Below, in pieces: positions 7,983-20,933 of a stretch of 64,000 bases of DNA; positions within the stretch are counted from its first letter, which is position 1; each line of letters opens with the position of its first letter. The stretch comes from an uncultured Verrucomicrobia subdivision 3 bacterium (GTDB taxonomy: Bacteria > Verrucomicrobiota > Verrucomicrobiia > Limisphaerales > UBA11358), in assembly GCA_903835255.1 (NCBI GenBank), contig CAILMI010000055.1:75244-139243 (forward strand), given 5' to 3'. Under the pieces are notes generated by a model. It saw nothing but the letters and a program-made list of their open reading frames with translations. It did no database searches and was not told the origin of the DNA. Made by a program: the position numbers and the translations under genes.

Positions 7983-10373
7983 ATGCAACACCCCGTCCGC
8001 GACCATTCCGCCGACCGCCTTTTCACGCCGGTGCGGTTTGGAGCCCTGCTCGCCCTGCTCATTTTCGCCGCGTTTCCCACGGTGCTGCTCGGGCTTCAGA
8101 CCTTCGTCCTGCGCGATTTTGGTTTTTTCGCGTATCCGCTCGCCCATTTCCAGCGCGACTGTTTCTGGCACGGCGAATGGCCCCTCTGGAACCCTTACAA
8201 CCAGTGCGGCGTGCCGTTCCTCGCCCAATGGAACACCCTGCCGCTCTACCCGCCCTCGCTGATCTATCTGGTCCCGCCCCTGACCTGGGGATTGGGGACC
8301 TTCTGCCTGCTGCACTTGTGGTTTGCCGGATTGGGCATGTTTTTTCTCGCGCGGCGCTGGACGGGAAACCCCTTTGCCGCGGCCTTCGCAGGCGTGGGGT
8401 TCGCTTTTAACGGATTCACCCTGAACCTGCTCATGTGGCCGAGCCATCTGGCCACCTTCGCCTGGATGCCGTGGGTGATCCTGGCGGTGGAGCTCGCGTG
8501 GCGCAGCGGTGGACGTCACATCCTTCTCGCCGCACTGGCCGGCATGCTTCAGATACTGGCCGGCGGACCGGAAATCATCGCGCTGACCTGGGCCCTGTTG
8601 CTGGCGCTGTGGTTCCAGCAATGCCTCAGGCCAGCGGCCGGCGCGCACGCGCCCGAAGATCCGGCGCCGGGCAAGGCCCTGCTCTGGCGTTTCCCCCTAA
8701 TCGCGGGACTGGCCGTCGCTCTTTCGGCGGCACAACTCCTGCCGTTCCTCGATCTGGTGGCGCACTCGCAACGCGATGCCGGCTATGCGGACTTCCGCTG
8801 GTCCATACCCGGCTGGGGCTGGGTGAATTTCCTCGTGCCGCAGGCGTTCGGGGGCACTTGGAATGCGGGGGTGTTCTTCCAGCACGGCCAGGCGTGGACC
8901 TCATCTTATTATCTCGGCCTCGGCACGGTGTGGCTGGCGGTTCTGGCGCTCTGGAAAAACCCTGACCGGCGTGTCCGACTGCTGGGGATGGCGGCCGTGG
9001 CGGGACTGGTGCTCGCGCTGGGCGACAACACGCCCGTGCTGCCCGCCCTGCGACAGCTCATTCCCCAGCTGGGTTTTATCACCTATCCGGTCAAATATAT
9101 TTTGCTCACGGTCTTTATCGCCCCGCTCCTGGCGGCAGCCGCACTGGCACGGTTTTTTCCGGGCTCCCGCGCCCCCGATGATGCGGCCGGGAGCGAGCCG
9201 ACCGCTGGTTCAGATAAAAAAAATTCCGGTCCGCTTCTTACCCCCATCCGATGGCTGCCGATGGGCGCTCTCCTGCTGGCGCTGATGGCGGGGATTGTGG
9301 GCTGGGCCTGGTGGTTTCCCTTTCCGGGGGACGACCCGCGCGCAACCCTGCTGAATGGGGCTTCCCGCGCCGGGTTCCTGATGGTGACAGGCGGAGCGCT
9401 GTGGCTGCTGGCGCGCCCCACCCCTTCCGGCCTGATCCGCCTGGCCCCTCTGCTCCTGATCTTGACAGCCTGGCTCGACGTGTTCACCCACGTGCCCACG
9501 CAGAATCCCACGGTGTCGCCCTGGATTTACCAACCCGGCCTGGCGCGCACCACGCTGGCGCTGCAGCCCCAGCCCGAGTTGGGGGGATCGCGCCTCATGG
9601 TCTCACCCGCAGCCGCCCACGAGTTCATCCACTTCGCCGCGGGCAATCCGCAGGATAATTTCCTGGCCAAACGGATCGGCTATTGCGCCAATGTCAACAC
9701 GCTCGATGCCGTGCCAAAAGTCGACGGTTTCTTTTCACTGACCCCGCGCGCGAGCGATCAGGTCCTGGGTCTCTTTTACCGGACCACCAACGCCGACTAT
9801 CCCCGCCTGGAGGATTTCATGGGGGTCTCGCAGATCACCGCCTCAAGCGAGCGGCTACAATGGCAGCCGCGAAAGACGTTTCTGCCCCTGCTGACCGCCG
9901 GACAAACGCCGGTGTTCCTGAGCGATGCCGCCACGCTGGAGGCCCTGACGCAAAAAGATTTTGACGGCGGTAAAAAGGTGATCCTCCCCGAAAGCGCCCG
10001 CTCCCTTGTCAGCGTCACCCACCCCACCCGCGCACACATCCTCAGCTCCACCTTCGGCCGGCAGTCCGTGGACGCGCAGGTCGAGGCCGCAGAACCGTCT
10101 CTCGTGGTGGTGGCACAGACGTATTATCACCATTGGCGGGCGTTCGTGGACGGGCAGCCAGTTCCTTTGCTCAGGGCCAACGGCGCATTTCAGGCCGTGC
10201 CAATGCCAGCAGGACGACATCATCTCCACCTCGCCTATCAGGATCGCACTTTCCAGATCGGGCTGATCATCAGCGCGGCAACCGGTTTGGGCTGCCTGAT
10301 GGGGGGATGGGTCCTCAGGGCGAGACCCCCTTCGTCGAGGAAAAACGCGCCGCGCGCGGCCGCCCTCCCCTGA
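7983..10373 (+). CDS. large polytopic membrane protein, YfhO-like (putative glycosyl/lipid transferase family)
   Basis: The ~796-aa protein has many predicted TM helices in the first ~550 aa (FFAYPLAHFQRDCFWHGEWPLWNPYNQCGVPFLAQWN...) and a soluble C-terminal domain. I prefer the ATG at 7983 over the TTG at 7935. Confidence 0.6.
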   Translation: MQHPVRDHSADRLFTPVRFGALLALLIFAAFPTVLLGLQTFVLRDFGFFAYPLAHFQRDCFWHGEWPLWNPYNQCGVPFLAQWNTLPLYPPSLIYLVPPLTWGLGTFCLLHLWFAGLGMFFLARRWTGNPFAAAFAGVGFAFNGFTLNLLMWPSHLATFAWMPWVILAVELAWRSGGRHILLAALAGMLQILAGGPEIIALTWALLLALWFQQCLRPAAGAHAPEDPAPGKALLWRFPLIAGLAVALSAAQLLPFLDLVAHSQRDAGYADFRWSIPGWGWVNFLVPQAFGGTWNAGVFFQHGQAWTSSYYLGLGTVWLAVLALWKNPDRRVRLLGMAAVAGLVLALGDNTPVLPALRQLIPQLGFITYPVKYILLTVFIAPLLAAAALARFFPGSRAPDDAAGSEPTAGSDKKNSGPLLTPIRWLPMGALLLALMAGIVGWAWWFPFPGDDPRATLLNGASRAGFLMVTGGALWLLARPTPSGLIRLAPLLLILTAWLDVFTHVPTQNPTVSPWIYQPGLARTTLALQPQPELGGSRLMVSPAAAHEFIHFAAGNPQDNFLAKRIGYCANVNTLDAVPKVDGFFSLTPRASDQVLGLFYRTTNADYPRLEDFMGVSQITASSERLQWQPRKTFLPLLTAGQTPVFLSDAATLEALTQKDFDGGKKVILPESARSLVSVTHPTRAHILSSTFGRQSVDAQVEAAEPSLVVVAQTYYHHWRAFVDGQPVPLLRANGAFQAVPMPAGRHHLHLAYQDRTFQIGLIISAATGLGCLMGGWVLRARPPSSRKNAPRAAALP

Positions 10374-10376
10374 TCT

Positions 10377-10401
10377 GGCAGAGAGATCTGCCCCCCGTTT
10401 T
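10377..10401 (+). terminator. candidate intrinsic terminator after the YfhO-like gene
   Basis: The hairpin GGCAGA-gaga-TCTGCC starts 4 nt after the stop codon and is followed by CCCCGTTTT. Confidence 0.45.
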
Positions 10402-10452
10402 CAAACTTGCCTCCCCATGAAGAGCGGGAAAAAGATCCCGTTCAAATCTCCC

Positions 10453-10478
10453 CATCCCCGCCCGTTTGAGCGGGGATG
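10453..10478. other. perfect 9-bp hairpin (CATCCCCGC-ccgtttga-GCGGGGATG) in an intergenic region
   Basis: Read directly. It is followed on the + strand by an A-run (CCAAATAAAAAAGGG) rather than a T-run, so it is not a canonical + strand terminator. Confidence 0.5.
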
Positions 10479-10588
10479 CCAAATAAAAAAGGGAGAGTCG
10501 CAACATTTGGGCCCGTCATGTGATAGGGTGAATTGCTGGGGAGTGAAGCGGACTGCAGCAACCGGAGGCGCCGGCGAAAGGAGTCGCA

Positions 10589-11488
10589 ATGATTATGTCA
10601 AACTTGGGGGAGGAAGTATCGGGGAAAGCCTTTAAAACGGGGTTGATTGTGGAGGGCGGAGCGATGCGGGGGGCGTGGGCTGCCGGTGTGCTGGGGGTTC
10701 TCTATGAGCGCGGGCGGCGTCAGTATGATTTCGTCTATGCCGCTTCCTCCGGAGCCTGTTCGGCCGCTTACTTCGTGGCCGACATGTGGCAGCCGGGGCT
10801 GCATATCTGGCGCGAGCTGGCCTGCCATGTGATTCGGAAAGCCAATCTGCTGCGCCACACCCCCATCATCGATTTGGCGTACCTCGTGGATTATGTCATG
10901 CGCCAGCATGTGCCGCTGTCCATCGAAGCGTTGCAAAAGGCGCCCACGCGGTTTTTCATCGTGCTGACCGACTGTCTGACCGGGGAACCATTTTATTTTC
11001 ATGTGTGTGATGACCGGGTGTTTGCGGCCCTCCGCGCCACGGCCTCTCTGGCTTTGGCGACCCGCGGCTATGATTACGTGGACGGCAAGCCTTATGCGGA
11101 CGGCGGTCTGGCAGACCCCATTCCCATCCGCCGGGCAATCGAAGATGGGGCCACGGACATCACGGTGGTACTGACTCATAATCCCGACATCCCTTTCAAG
11201 CCCGTCCCGTCCTGGATGGGAAAACTCGCTTACCCAGAATTTCCGATAGTGGCTGAGGTGTGGACGGCGCGCCAGAACATCAAATACAACGACGCCCTGG
11301 ACCTGATGAAAAAGCCGCCGGCGGGGGTGCGGATCCGGGTGTTCCGTCCGATGCGTCCCATGCCGGTGGGCTCCTTCACCGCCCAAAAGAAACTCATCAG
11401 CGCTGCCCTGACTTTGGGCCATGATGAGGCCGTGCTGCAGATGGAGAACATGGACTCAGGCCTGGCGCTGGCTTCGCTTCCGGGATGA
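10589..11488 (+). CDS. patatin-like phospholipase family protein
   Basis: An oxyanion-hole motif (VEGGAMRGAWAAG), a nucleophile-elbow equivalent (AASSGA) and a DGG Asp motif (YADGGLADPIP) are present. Confidence 0.85.
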   Translation: MIMSNLGEEVSGKAFKTGLIVEGGAMRGAWAAGVLGVLYERGRRQYDFVYAASSGACSAAYFVADMWQPGLHIWRELACHVIRKANLLRHTPIIDLAYLVDYVMRQHVPLSIEALQKAPTRFFIVLTDCLTGEPFYFHVCDDRVFAALRATASLALATRGYDYVDGKPYADGGLADPIPIRRAIEDGATDITVVLTHNPDIPFKPVPSWMGKLAYPEFPIVAEVWTARQNIKYNDALDLMKKPPAGVRIRVFRPMRPMPVGSFTAQKKLISAALTLGHDEAVLQMENMDSGLALASLPG

Positions 11489-11597
11489 TGCTGCGACGGA
11501 CGAATCCGGCGGGCTCTGGGAGGCATGGATTCCAATCGTGGAAATTCAATCCTGAAAATGAAGACACGAAGGGTCTCGAACGGGACGAAATAAAATC

Positions 11598-14345
11598 ATG
11601 AGACGCGCGACGAGGTCAAATCAAGGCGGGCCGTCTTTGCAGTGCCATCATTTGGATGCCCTGGAGGTAGTCCGCCTGCTGGAAGTCGATCTGAAGGCAG
11701 GGCTGTCGGCCACCGAAGCCAAACGGCGACAGGCCCGATTTGGCCTGAATCGCATCACCCCCCACCGGGACACCCCCGCCTGGAGAAAGCTTATCCGGCA
11801 ATGTCATCAGCCGCTTCTGTACATCCTCTTGTTCGCCAGCGCCATCACCGCATTCCTGAGTCATTGGGTGGATGCCTCAGTCATTTTTGGCGTTGTGTTT
11901 ATCAATGTTATCGTCAGCTATCTCCAGGAATCCAAAGCCGAGAAAGCCGTCGCATGCCTCACGCAATGGGTGATGACCCCGACCACGGTGCGCCGCGATG
12001 GACGGCAGGAGCGGATTGATTCCGAGGAGCTGGTGCCGGGGGATGTGGTCCTGCTTCAACCGGGGGGCAAGGTGCCGGCCGATTTGCGGCTGTTCCATGT
12101 CCGCAGCCTGCAGGTGGACGAGTCGGCGCTGACCGGCGAATCGCTGCCTGTTCATAAACACACGGATGCGCTCGCGCTGGACACGGTGTTGGCGGACCGG
12201 AATAACCTGGCCTTTGCCGGCACCCTGGTCACTGCCGGGCAAGCGGAGGGGGTTGTTTGGGCCGTTGGCGACCAGACTGAGACGGGCCGTCTGGCTTGGC
12301 TGATTGCCGAGGCGGTGGATCTTTCCACGCCATTGACCCAGAAAATCGCCCATTTCAGCGGGTGGTTGCTGCGGGTGATTCTGGCGCTGGCGGGCGCCAC
12401 ATTTGCCATCGGTGTGGCGCGCGGCGAGCCGGCGGTCGAGATGTTCATGGCCGCCGTGGCGTTGGCGGTGGGAGCCATTCCCGAAGGATTGCCCGCGGCA
12501 GTCACCATTGTCCTAGCCATCGGCGTGGCGCGCATGGCCAAACGCCGCGTCATCATCCGGAAATTCCCCGTCGTGGAGACTCTCGGCAGCACCACGGTCA
12601 TCTGTTCGGATAAAACAGGCACGCTGACGAAAAATCAAATGACGGTGCGGGAGATTTTCGCCGGGGGAACTCTCTACGAGGTGACCGGTGAGGGGTATGA
12701 GCCGAAGGGCATAATTCAACTGGACGGGGCCGGCATTGAGGTGGCCGCGCATCCGGCGCTGGCGGAGTGCCTGCTGTCCGGCGCACTTTGCAACGATTCC
12801 CTGCTCGTGCGCCTGGAGAGCGGGCGTCTTCAGATGCATGGCGATCCCACCGAGGCCGCGCTGCTGGTGGCCGCCGAGAAGGGGGGGCTCTTCCACGCCG
12901 CTGTCCATCAGGCCTCCCCCCGTCTGGACATGATCCCCTTCGAGCCCGAGCACATGTTCCGGGCCACATTGCATGACGCCTTTGAGGCCCGGGTCATTTA
13001 CAAGGTTGGGGCGGTCGAGCGGCTCCTCGATCGCTGCGTGGATGCGCTGGACGATCAGGGCGGATTGGGGCCGCTGGACCGGGCGGCCGTGCACCGGGCC
13101 GTGGAGCAGATGGCCCAGCGCGGACTGCGCGTGCTCGCCTTCGCCCGCCGCCGGATGGAGGTCGATCATGCCCGGTTGGAACACAGCCATGTGGCGGCCG
13201 GCCTCACCTTCCTCGGCCTGCAGGGCATGATGGACCCGCCGCGACCCGAGGCGATCGCCGCCGTGCATCGGTGCCAACAGGCCGGCATCGCAGTGAAGAT
13301 GATTACGGGGGACCATCTGGCCACCGCCCGAGCCATCGCCCGTCAAATCGGGCTGGACGGCGGTGATTCCGACACGCCTGCCGCGCTTTCCGGCCGCGAA
13401 CTGGAAAAGATTTCCGACGCGCAACTGCCCGAACTGGCCGCCCGGACCGCCGTCTTCGCCCGCATGGCGCCGGAACAGAAGCTGCGCCTCGTGCGCGCCC
13501 TGCAATCCCGGGGCGACATCGTGGCGATGACCGGGGATGGGGTGAACGATGCGCCCGCGCTCAAGCAGGCGGATATCGGTGTGGCAATGGGCATCAGCGG
13601 CACCGACGTGGCGAAGGGGGCGGCGGACATGATTCTGACGGACGATAATTTTGCCAGCATTGTGGCAGCCGTGGAGGAGGGGCGGGGAGTGTTTAGCAAC
13701 CTCACCAAGTTCATCGCCTGGACGCTTCCCACCAATAGCGGCGAGGCTCTGGTGCTGCTCACCGCCATCGTGTTCGGCACCGTGTTGCCAGCCCTGCCGG
13801 TGCAGCTGCTCTGGGTGAACCTGACCACCTCGCTGCTGCTGGGACTGATGCTGGTCTTCGAGCCAAAGGAGCGCGAGCTCATGCTGCGCCCGCCGCGCGA
13901 TCCCCGGCGCCCACTGCTCACCCTCGCGCTGTGCCTGCGCACCGTGATTGTTTCCTTATTGATGCTGGCGGGGTCTTTCTGGCTCTTCTTCTGGGAACTG
14001 AAGGTCGAAGGCGCGGAACTTGCCACCGCCCGAACCGCCGTCGTGAACGTCATCGTCCTGGTGCAGCTGGCGTACCTCTTCAACTGCCGCTCCCTGAACC
14101 ACTCGCTTCTTAGGATTGGACTTTTCTCAAATCCCTGGACCCTTGTGGGAGCGCTCGCCATGGTGGCCGCCCAGCTGCTCTTCACTTACGCGCCTCCCAT
14201 GAATCTCCTCTTCCAATCCGCCCCCCTCGGGATTGAATCCTGGATCCGCATCACCGCAGTGGCAGCGGTTGTTTTTGTGGCGATCGAATTTGAAAAGTGG
14301 ATCCGCTTTGGTCGCGGCCGGGGCGCCCACGCACTCCCGGAGTAA
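11598..14345 (+). CDS. cation-translocating P-type ATPase (type II, Ca2+/Mg2+-like)
   Basis: The phosphorylation site (CSDKTGTLT) and hinge (MTGDGVNDAPALKQADIGVAMG) are present, along with an N-terminal cation-ATPase domain (LSATEAKRRQARFGLNRI). Length is 915 aa. Confidence 0.9.
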   Translation: MRRATRSNQGGPSLQCHHLDALEVVRLLEVDLKAGLSATEAKRRQARFGLNRITPHRDTPAWRKLIRQCHQPLLYILLFASAITAFLSHWVDASVIFGVVFINVIVSYLQESKAEKAVACLTQWVMTPTTVRRDGRQERIDSEELVPGDVVLLQPGGKVPADLRLFHVRSLQVDESALTGESLPVHKHTDALALDTVLADRNNLAFAGTLVTAGQAEGVVWAVGDQTETGRLAWLIAEAVDLSTPLTQKIAHFSGWLLRVILALAGATFAIGVARGEPAVEMFMAAVALAVGAIPEGLPAAVTIVLAIGVARMAKRRVIIRKFPVVETLGSTTVICSDKTGTLTKNQMTVREIFAGGTLYEVTGEGYEPKGIIQLDGAGIEVAAHPALAECLLSGALCNDSLLVRLESGRLQMHGDPTEAALLVAAEKGGLFHAAVHQASPRLDMIPFEPEHMFRATLHDAFEARVIYKVGAVERLLDRCVDALDDQGGLGPLDRAAVHRAVEQMAQRGLRVLAFARRRMEVDHARLEHSHVAAGLTFLGLQGMMDPPRPEAIAAVHRCQQAGIAVKMITGDHLATARAIARQIGLDGGDSDTPAALSGRELEKISDAQLPELAARTAVFARMAPEQKLRLVRALQSRGDIVAMTGDGVNDAPALKQADIGVAMGISGTDVAKGAADMILTDDNFASIVAAVEEGRGVFSNLTKFIAWTLPTNSGEALVLLTAIVFGTVLPALPVQLLWVNLTTSLLLGLMLVFEPKERELMLRPPRDPRRPLLTLALCLRTVIVSLLMLAGSFWLFFWELKVEGAELATARTAVVNVIVLVQLAYLFNCRSLNHSLLRIGLFSNPWTLVGALAMVAAQLLFTYAPPMNLLFQSAPLGIESWIRITAVAAVVFVAIEFEKWIRFGRGRGAHALPE

Positions 14346-14479
14346 GTGCACCCCTTGCAGCGGAACCGACCCGGCTGAGCCCGAATTTCTCAATCACTGT
14401 GTTCGCTGACTGACGATCCTTGCGGACGGCAACTCAGGAGAGCGCCGCATGCCATTCCCGCCCGCTTCAGAAATAGGGC

Positions 14480-15964
<1,485 letters not shown>

Positions 15965-16084
15965 GGTTATTTAAAAACTTTTTTTAAACTGAAGCGGTCC
16001 GAGCGTAAAAGGACAGCGGAATCCCAGCGCAACCGACCAGGCTGTCGGCTTCCGGTGCATCCGTGGAAGCGGTCCCGGGGGTTC

Positions 16085-19000
16085 TCAATGGCCCCCCTTC
16101 ACGTTTTCCTCGAACGCGGCCATGATGGCCTCGTCTCCGCTCAAGCCCAGCCCTTCCATCTTCTTGAGAGACTTGAGCACGCGGGCATAATCCTGGGGCA
16201 GCACCTTGACAAACTGGGGCACGAACTGCGGCCAGCCGTCTAGAATTCGCGCAGCGCGCTGACTTCCGGTGGACGCGAGGTGCTGCTCCACCATCTGGCG
16301 GACCCCTTGGATCTCTTCGGCATCCTCCAGTTTTTCCAAGGCCACCATCTCCCGATTGCAGCGGGAAGCGAAATCGCCCAGCTCATCGAGGATGTAGGCA
16401 ATACCGCCGCTCATGCCGGCGGCAAAATTGCGACCAGTGGTGCCGAGAACCACGACGCGGCCGCCGGTCATGTATTCGCAGCCGTGATCGCCGATGGCTT
16501 CCACCACAACATTCACCCCGGAATTGCGCACGCAAAACCGTTCGCCGGCCATGCCGCAGAGGAACGCTTCTCCCGACGTGGCGCCGTAAAACGCGACGTT
16601 GCCGATGATCATGTTTTCGCCGGCCTGGAAGGTGGACGACTTCGGGGGATACACGATGAGCTTGCCGCCGCTCAGGCCCTTGCCGAAATAATCATTGGCA
16701 TCGCCCTCGAGTTCAAGGGTCATCCCCTTGGGCATGAAGGCGCCAAAGCTCTGGCCCGCGCTGCCGTTGAACTTGAGCCGGATGGTGTCCTCCGGCAGCC
16801 CAGCGGGCCCGTGGCGCCGGGTGAGCTCGCTGCCGGTGATGGTGCCGACAACGCGATGCACGTTGCGAATCGGCAGTTCGGCGCGGACGGATTCGCCGCG
16901 CTCGAGGGCCGGTTTGCAGAGCTCCAGCAGGTGTGTCACATCCAGGGATTTTTCCAGTCCGTGATCCTGATCCTGCTGGCGGAAACGCCCCACTTCCGAA
17001 TCCATGTCCGGGCGGTGCAGCATGGGCGTGAGGTCCAGACCTTTGGCTTTCCAATGCCCGATGGCCTTCCAGGGGACGAGCTTATCCGTTCGGCCCACCA
17101 TTTCCTCCAGCTTGCGGAAGCCGAGCCGGGCCATGATCTCGCGGAGTTCCATGGCGATAAAGCGCATGAAATGAATGACGTGCTGGGGGTCGCCGGTGAA
17201 CCGGCCTCGCAGTTTGGGATCCTGGCTGGCTACGCCCACGGGGCAGGTGTTGAGATGACAAACGCGCATCATGATGCAGCCCAGAGTCACGAGCGGAGCG
17301 GTGGCAAAACCAAACTCCTCAGCGCCCAGCAGCGCGGCAATGGCCACGTCGCGCCCGGTCTTCAGCTGGCCATCGGCCTCGAGATAGACGCGGCTGCGCA
17401 GGTTGTTCAGCACGAGAGTCTGGTGCGTTTCGGCCAGGCCCAGCTCCCACGGCCCTCCGGCGTGCTTGATAGAGGAGAGGGGCGACGCGCCCGTGCCGCC
17501 GTCATGGCCGGAAATCAAAACGACATCCGCGTGCGCCTTGGCCACTCCGGCGGCGACGGTGCCGACGCCGACTTCGGCGACGAGCTTGACGCTCACGCGG
17601 GCTTCGCGGTTGGCGTTCTTGAGGTCGTGGATCAGTTCGGCCAGGTCCTCGATGGAATAAATATCATGGTGCGGCGGGGGGGAAATCAGGCCGACCCCGG
17701 CCGTGGTGCCGCGCGTTTTGGCGATGGAGGGGTAAACTTTTTTACCAGGCAGTTCGCCGCCCTCGCCGGGCTTAGCGCCCTGCGCCAGCTTGATCTGAAG
17801 TTCCTTGGCGTTGACGAGGTAATGGCTGGTCACGCCGAAGCGTCCGCTGGCAACTTGTTTGATGGCGGAATTCTTCGAGTCGCCGTTCGCCTCGAGAAAA
17901 TAGCGCAAGGGGTCTTCGCCGCCTTCGCCGGTGTTGCTGCGGCCGCCGATCCGGTTCATCGCCACGGCCAGCGCCTCATGCGCTTCCTTGGAGATGGATC
18001 CGTAGCTCATGGCGCCGGTCTTGAAGCGCTTCATGAGACTCTCCACGCTCTCGACCTCCTCGAGGGGGACGGGGGATTCCGCCGGCTGAAAGTCCAGCAG
18101 GCCGCGCAGCGTGCACAGCGTCTTGCTCCGGTCGTTGAGCAGGTCGGCGTACTCGCGGTACACCTTCTCATTGTTCGTCCGGCAAGCCACCTGCAACTTA
18201 TGAATCGTCTGGGGATTGAATAGATGCTGCTCGCCGCCGTCGCGGACCTGATACTGGCCGCCCGGATCGAGTTCGCCGTTGAGCGCCCGGCTGGGATAGG
18301 CATGGTGATGGCGCGCCAGAGCCTCGGCGGCAATGACGTCCAGGCCGATGCCCTGGATGCGCGAAGGAGTCCACGTGAAATACCTGTCCACGACCTCGCT
18401 GTTCAGGCCGACGGCCTCGAAGATCTGAGCTCCGCGATAGCTCTGCACGGTGGAGATGCCCATCTTGGCCATGGTCTTCACGACTCCCTTGATGGCGGCC
18501 TTGATGAATTTCTGGATGGATTTCTGAAGGTCGGCGGACGGGAGCAGGCCCTGATGGATGAGGTCGGCGATGGTCTCGTAGGCGAGATAGGGGTTGATAG
18601 CGCTGCAGCCGTAGCCGATGAGCAGGGCGAAATGATGAACCTCGCGCGGCTCGCCGGATTCCAGGACCAGTCCGACGCGGCTGCGCGTGCCAGCGCGGAT
18701 GAGATGATGATGCAGGCCGGCGGTGGCCAGCAGGGCTGGGAGGGGCGCGAGTTCCGGCGAGACGCCCCGGTCGGATAGGATCAGGATATTTACGCCGTTT
18801 TTGATCGCCAAGTCGGCTGCGGCAAACAGACTGTCCAGCGCGGTCTGCAGCCCCTGCTGGCCGGCGGCGGCCGGGAATAATATCGGCAGGGTCTGGCATT
18901 TGAAGCCGGGCTGCGTGATGTGCCGGAGTTTTTCCAATTCGGCATTGGTGAGAATGGGCTGCGCCAGTTTAATCAGGGCACAGCTTTCAGGCACTGGATT

Positions 19001-20692
19001 CAGCAGGCCGCCGCGCGAGCCGACCATGGTCTCAGTCGAGGTAACGATCTCCTCGCGGATGGGATCGATGGGCGGGTTGGTGACCTGGGCGAAAAGCTGT
19101 TTGAAATAGTTATAGAGCAGCTGGGGCTTCTGCGAGAGAACGGCCAGCGGCGTGTCCGTGCCCATGGAGCCCAGCGGCTGGATGCCGTCTTTGGCCATCG
19201 GGCCCACGATGAAACGCAAATCCTCGAAGGTGTAGCCGAAGGCCTGCTGTTCCTGAAGGATTTTGCGGTGGGCCAGTTCCGGAGGCAGCACCGGTTCGGG
19301 CAGGTTTTCTAGCAGGATATGGTGTTCGTCCAGCCATTGGCGATACGGTTTGGCGCCGGAATATTTCCGCTTGAGCTCCTCGTCGGCAATGATCCGACCC
19401 TGTTCGGTGTCGATCAAAAACATGCGTCCCGGCTGCAGCCGGCCCTTGATGGCCACCCGATCCGGAGCGATGGGCAGCACGCCCGCCTCCGAGGCCATGA
19501 TGACCATGTCGTCCTTGGTGACGTAATAGCGGGACGGGCGCAGGCCGTTGCGATCGAGGCATGCCCCGATGAATTTGCCATCCGTGAAGGCCATCGAGGC
19601 CGGGCCATCCCACGGCTCGGTCAGGCAGGAGTGGTATTCGTAAAAGGCGCGCCGTTCCGGGTCCATGCTCTCATGGTTCTCCCAGGGCTCAGGGATCATC
19701 ATCATCATCGCATGCGGCAGCTCGCGCCCGGCCAGCGTGAGCAGCTCGACCACGTTGTCGAACTGGGCCGAGTCGCTGTTGTCGGTGTTGATGACGGGAA
19801 TAACTTTCTGGATGTCGTCGCCGAATAGTTCGGAGACGAAGTTAGCCTGGGCCGCCTTCATCCAATTGACGTTCCCGCGCAGGGTATTGATTTCGCCATT
19901 GTGCGCGATGTAACGGTTGGGGTGCGCGCGGTCCCAGCTGGGAAAGGTGTTGGTGCTGAACCGCGAATGCACCAGCGCCAGCGCCGTGGTGAACGCCGGG
20001 TCGCACAGGTCGGGATAATACCCCGCCACCTGCTCCGGCATCAGCATGCCCTTATAGGTGATGGTCCGCGCCGACAGGCTGGAAACATAAAACCATTTGC
20101 CGCCGGGAATCCGGTCGCCGTAGCGGATGGTCTGCTCCGCGATCTTACGGATGACATACAGCTTGCGCTCAAAAGCGGCCTCGTCTTTGAGGGCCGCGCT
20201 GCGGGCGATGAACATCTGCGCCATGAACGGCTCCGCAGCCACGGCCGATTTGCCCAGGGCGGTATTGTCCACTGGCACCGCGCGCCAGCCCAGCAGGGTC
20301 TGACCTTCGGCGGCGATGATGGCGGCGATGGCGGACTGGACGGCTTCGCGCTGGCTGGGATTTTTGGGCAGGAACATCATGCCGACGCCGTAATGGCCGG
20401 GCACGGGCAGGCTGAACCCGAGGGAGACCGCCTGCGCCGCCAGAAAATCGTGGGGGATCTGAAGGAGGATGCCCGCGCCGTCGCCGGTGTTCGCCTCGCA
20501 GCCCACGGCACCGCGGTGGTCGAGGTTGACCAGAATCTGCAAGGCGTCACTCACCGTCTGGTGGGATTTTTTGCCCTTGATGTTGACAACAAAGCCCAGA
20601 CCGCAGGCGTCGTGTTCAAACTGCGGGTCGTAAAGACCTTGTTTCAAGGGTGCGCCCGGGGGCCGCTGGTCGATTTCGTTGACGGTCTGCAT
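16085..20692 (-). CDS. gltB: glutamate synthase large subunit
   Basis: The 1535-aa protein has an Ntn amidotransferase start (...[15 protein letters not shown]), the central and FMN domains, and the C-terminal GXGXG domain. Confidence 0.95.
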   Translation of the reverse strand: MQTVNEIDQRPPGAPLKQGLYDPQFEHDACGLGFVVNIKGKKSHQTVSDALQILVNLDHRGAVGCEANTGDGAGILLQIPHDFLAAQAVSLGFSLPVPGHYGVGMMFLPKNPSQREAVQSAIAAIIAAEGQTLLGWRAVPVDNTALGKSAVAAEPFMAQMFIARSAALKDEAAFERKLYVIRKIAEQTIRYGDRIPGGKWFYVSSLSARTITYKGMLMPEQVAGYYPDLCDPAFTTALALVHSRFSTNTFPSWDRAHPNRYIAHNGEINTLRGNVNWMKAAQANFVSELFGDDIQKVIPVINTDNSDSAQFDNVVELLTLAGRELPHAMMMMIPEPWENHESMDPERRAFYEYHSCLTEPWDGPASMAFTDGKFIGACLDRNGLRPSRYYVTKDDMVIMASEAGVLPIAPDRVAIKGRLQPGRMFLIDTEQGRIIADEELKRKYSGAKPYRQWLDEHHILLENLPEPVLPPELAHRKILQEQQAFGYTFEDLRFIVGPMAKDGIQPLGSMGTDTPLAVLSQKPQLLYNYFKQLFAQVTNPPIDPIREEIVTSTETMVGSRGGLLNPVPESCALIKLAQPILTNAELEKLRHITQPGFKCQTLPILFPAAAGQQGLQTALDSLFAAADLAIKNGVNILILSDRGVSPELAPLPALLATAGLHHHLIRAGTRSRVGLVLESGEPREVHHFALLIGYGCSAINPYLAYETIADLIHQGLLPSADLQKSIQKFIKAAIKGVVKTMAKMGISTVQSYRGAQIFEAVGLNSEVVDRYFTWTPSRIQGIGLDVIAAEALARHHHAYPSRALNGELDPGGQYQVRDGGEQHLFNPQTIHKLQVACRTNNEKVYREYADLLNDRSKTLCTLRGLLDFQPAESPVPLEEVESVESLMKRFKTGAMSYGSISKEAHEALAVAMNRIGGRSNTGEGGEDPLRYFLEANGDSKNSAIKQVASGRFGVTSHYLVNAKELQIKLAQGAKPGEGGELPGKKVYPSIAKTRGTTAGVGLISPPPHHDIYSIEDLAELIHDLKNANREARVSVKLVAEVGVGTVAAGVAKAHADVVLISGHDGGTGASPLSSIKHAGGPWELGLAETHQTLVLNNLRSRVYLEADGQLKTGRDVAIAALLGAEEFGFATAPLVTLGCIMMRVCHLNTCPVGVASQDPKLRGRFTGDPQHVIHFMRFIAMELREIMARLGFRKLEEMVGRTDKLVPWKAIGHWKAKGLDLTPMLHRPDMDSEVGRFRQQDQDHGLEKSLDVTHLLELCKPALERGESVRAELPIRNVHRVVGTITGSELTRRHGPAGLPEDTIRLKFNGSAGQSFGAFMPKGMTLELEGDANDYFGKGLSGGKLIVYPPKSSTFQAGENMIIGNVAFYGATSGEAFLCGMAGERFCVRNSGVNVVVEAIGDHGCEYMTGGRVVVLGTTGRNFAAGMSGGIAYILDELGDFASRCNREMVALEKLEDAEEIQGVRQMVEQHLASTGSQRAARILDGWPQFVPQFVKVLPQDYARVLKSLKKMEGLGLSGDEAIMAAFEENVKGGH

Positions 20693-20701
20693 TGTTTTTT
20701 C

Positions 20702-20742
20702 GTGGCTGGCACGGCGGATAAGCCGACAGCCACTTATTTTTT
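20702..20742 (+). terminator. terminator-like hairpin plus T-run abutting the gltB start codon (it lies in the gltB 5' leader on the other strand)
   Basis: GTGGCTG (20702..20708) pairs with CAGCCAC (20727..20733), with an inner CGGC/GCCG stem. On the + strand TTATTTTTT follows. On the minus strand the same stem ends 9 nt before the gltB ATG. Confidence 0.45.
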
Positions 20743-20933
20743 ACTGAATTTCGATTTGTGCGCAATAATTGTTTTCAAAAAACTGGTCAGCGCCGGCTTC
20801 AATGGAAGAGGGGCGCGGGAGTTTTTATAAGCCCCTAATTTCCCAGTCTTTATTTCAAAGTTGCTTTGGTGGCCGGGGTCTTCTAAGATAACCAGACCGT
20901 CCAGTGCATGAAGCATGGGGCGGTAAAATATTT

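Noticed and set aside
7896-8648. N-terminal 250-aa extension of the 543-aa ORF containing the fumarase alpha subunit
   Set aside because: The extension overlaps the divergent YfhO-like gene and is Arg/Gly/Pro/Gln-rich junk. The fumarase homology starts exactly at the ATG at 7895.
10425-10460. tRNA-like GTTCAAATC T-loop sequence in the intergenic region
   Set aside because: The flanks cannot form a 5-bp T-stem, and no acceptor or anticodon arms can be drawn. It is not a tRNA.
20707-20726. Sigma-54-like TGGCAC element upstream of the DUF5679/ndk unit
   Set aside because: The -12 element is missing: TGGCAC-N5 is followed by ATAAGC, not TTGC(A/T). The TGGCAC is also part of the hairpin stem described above.
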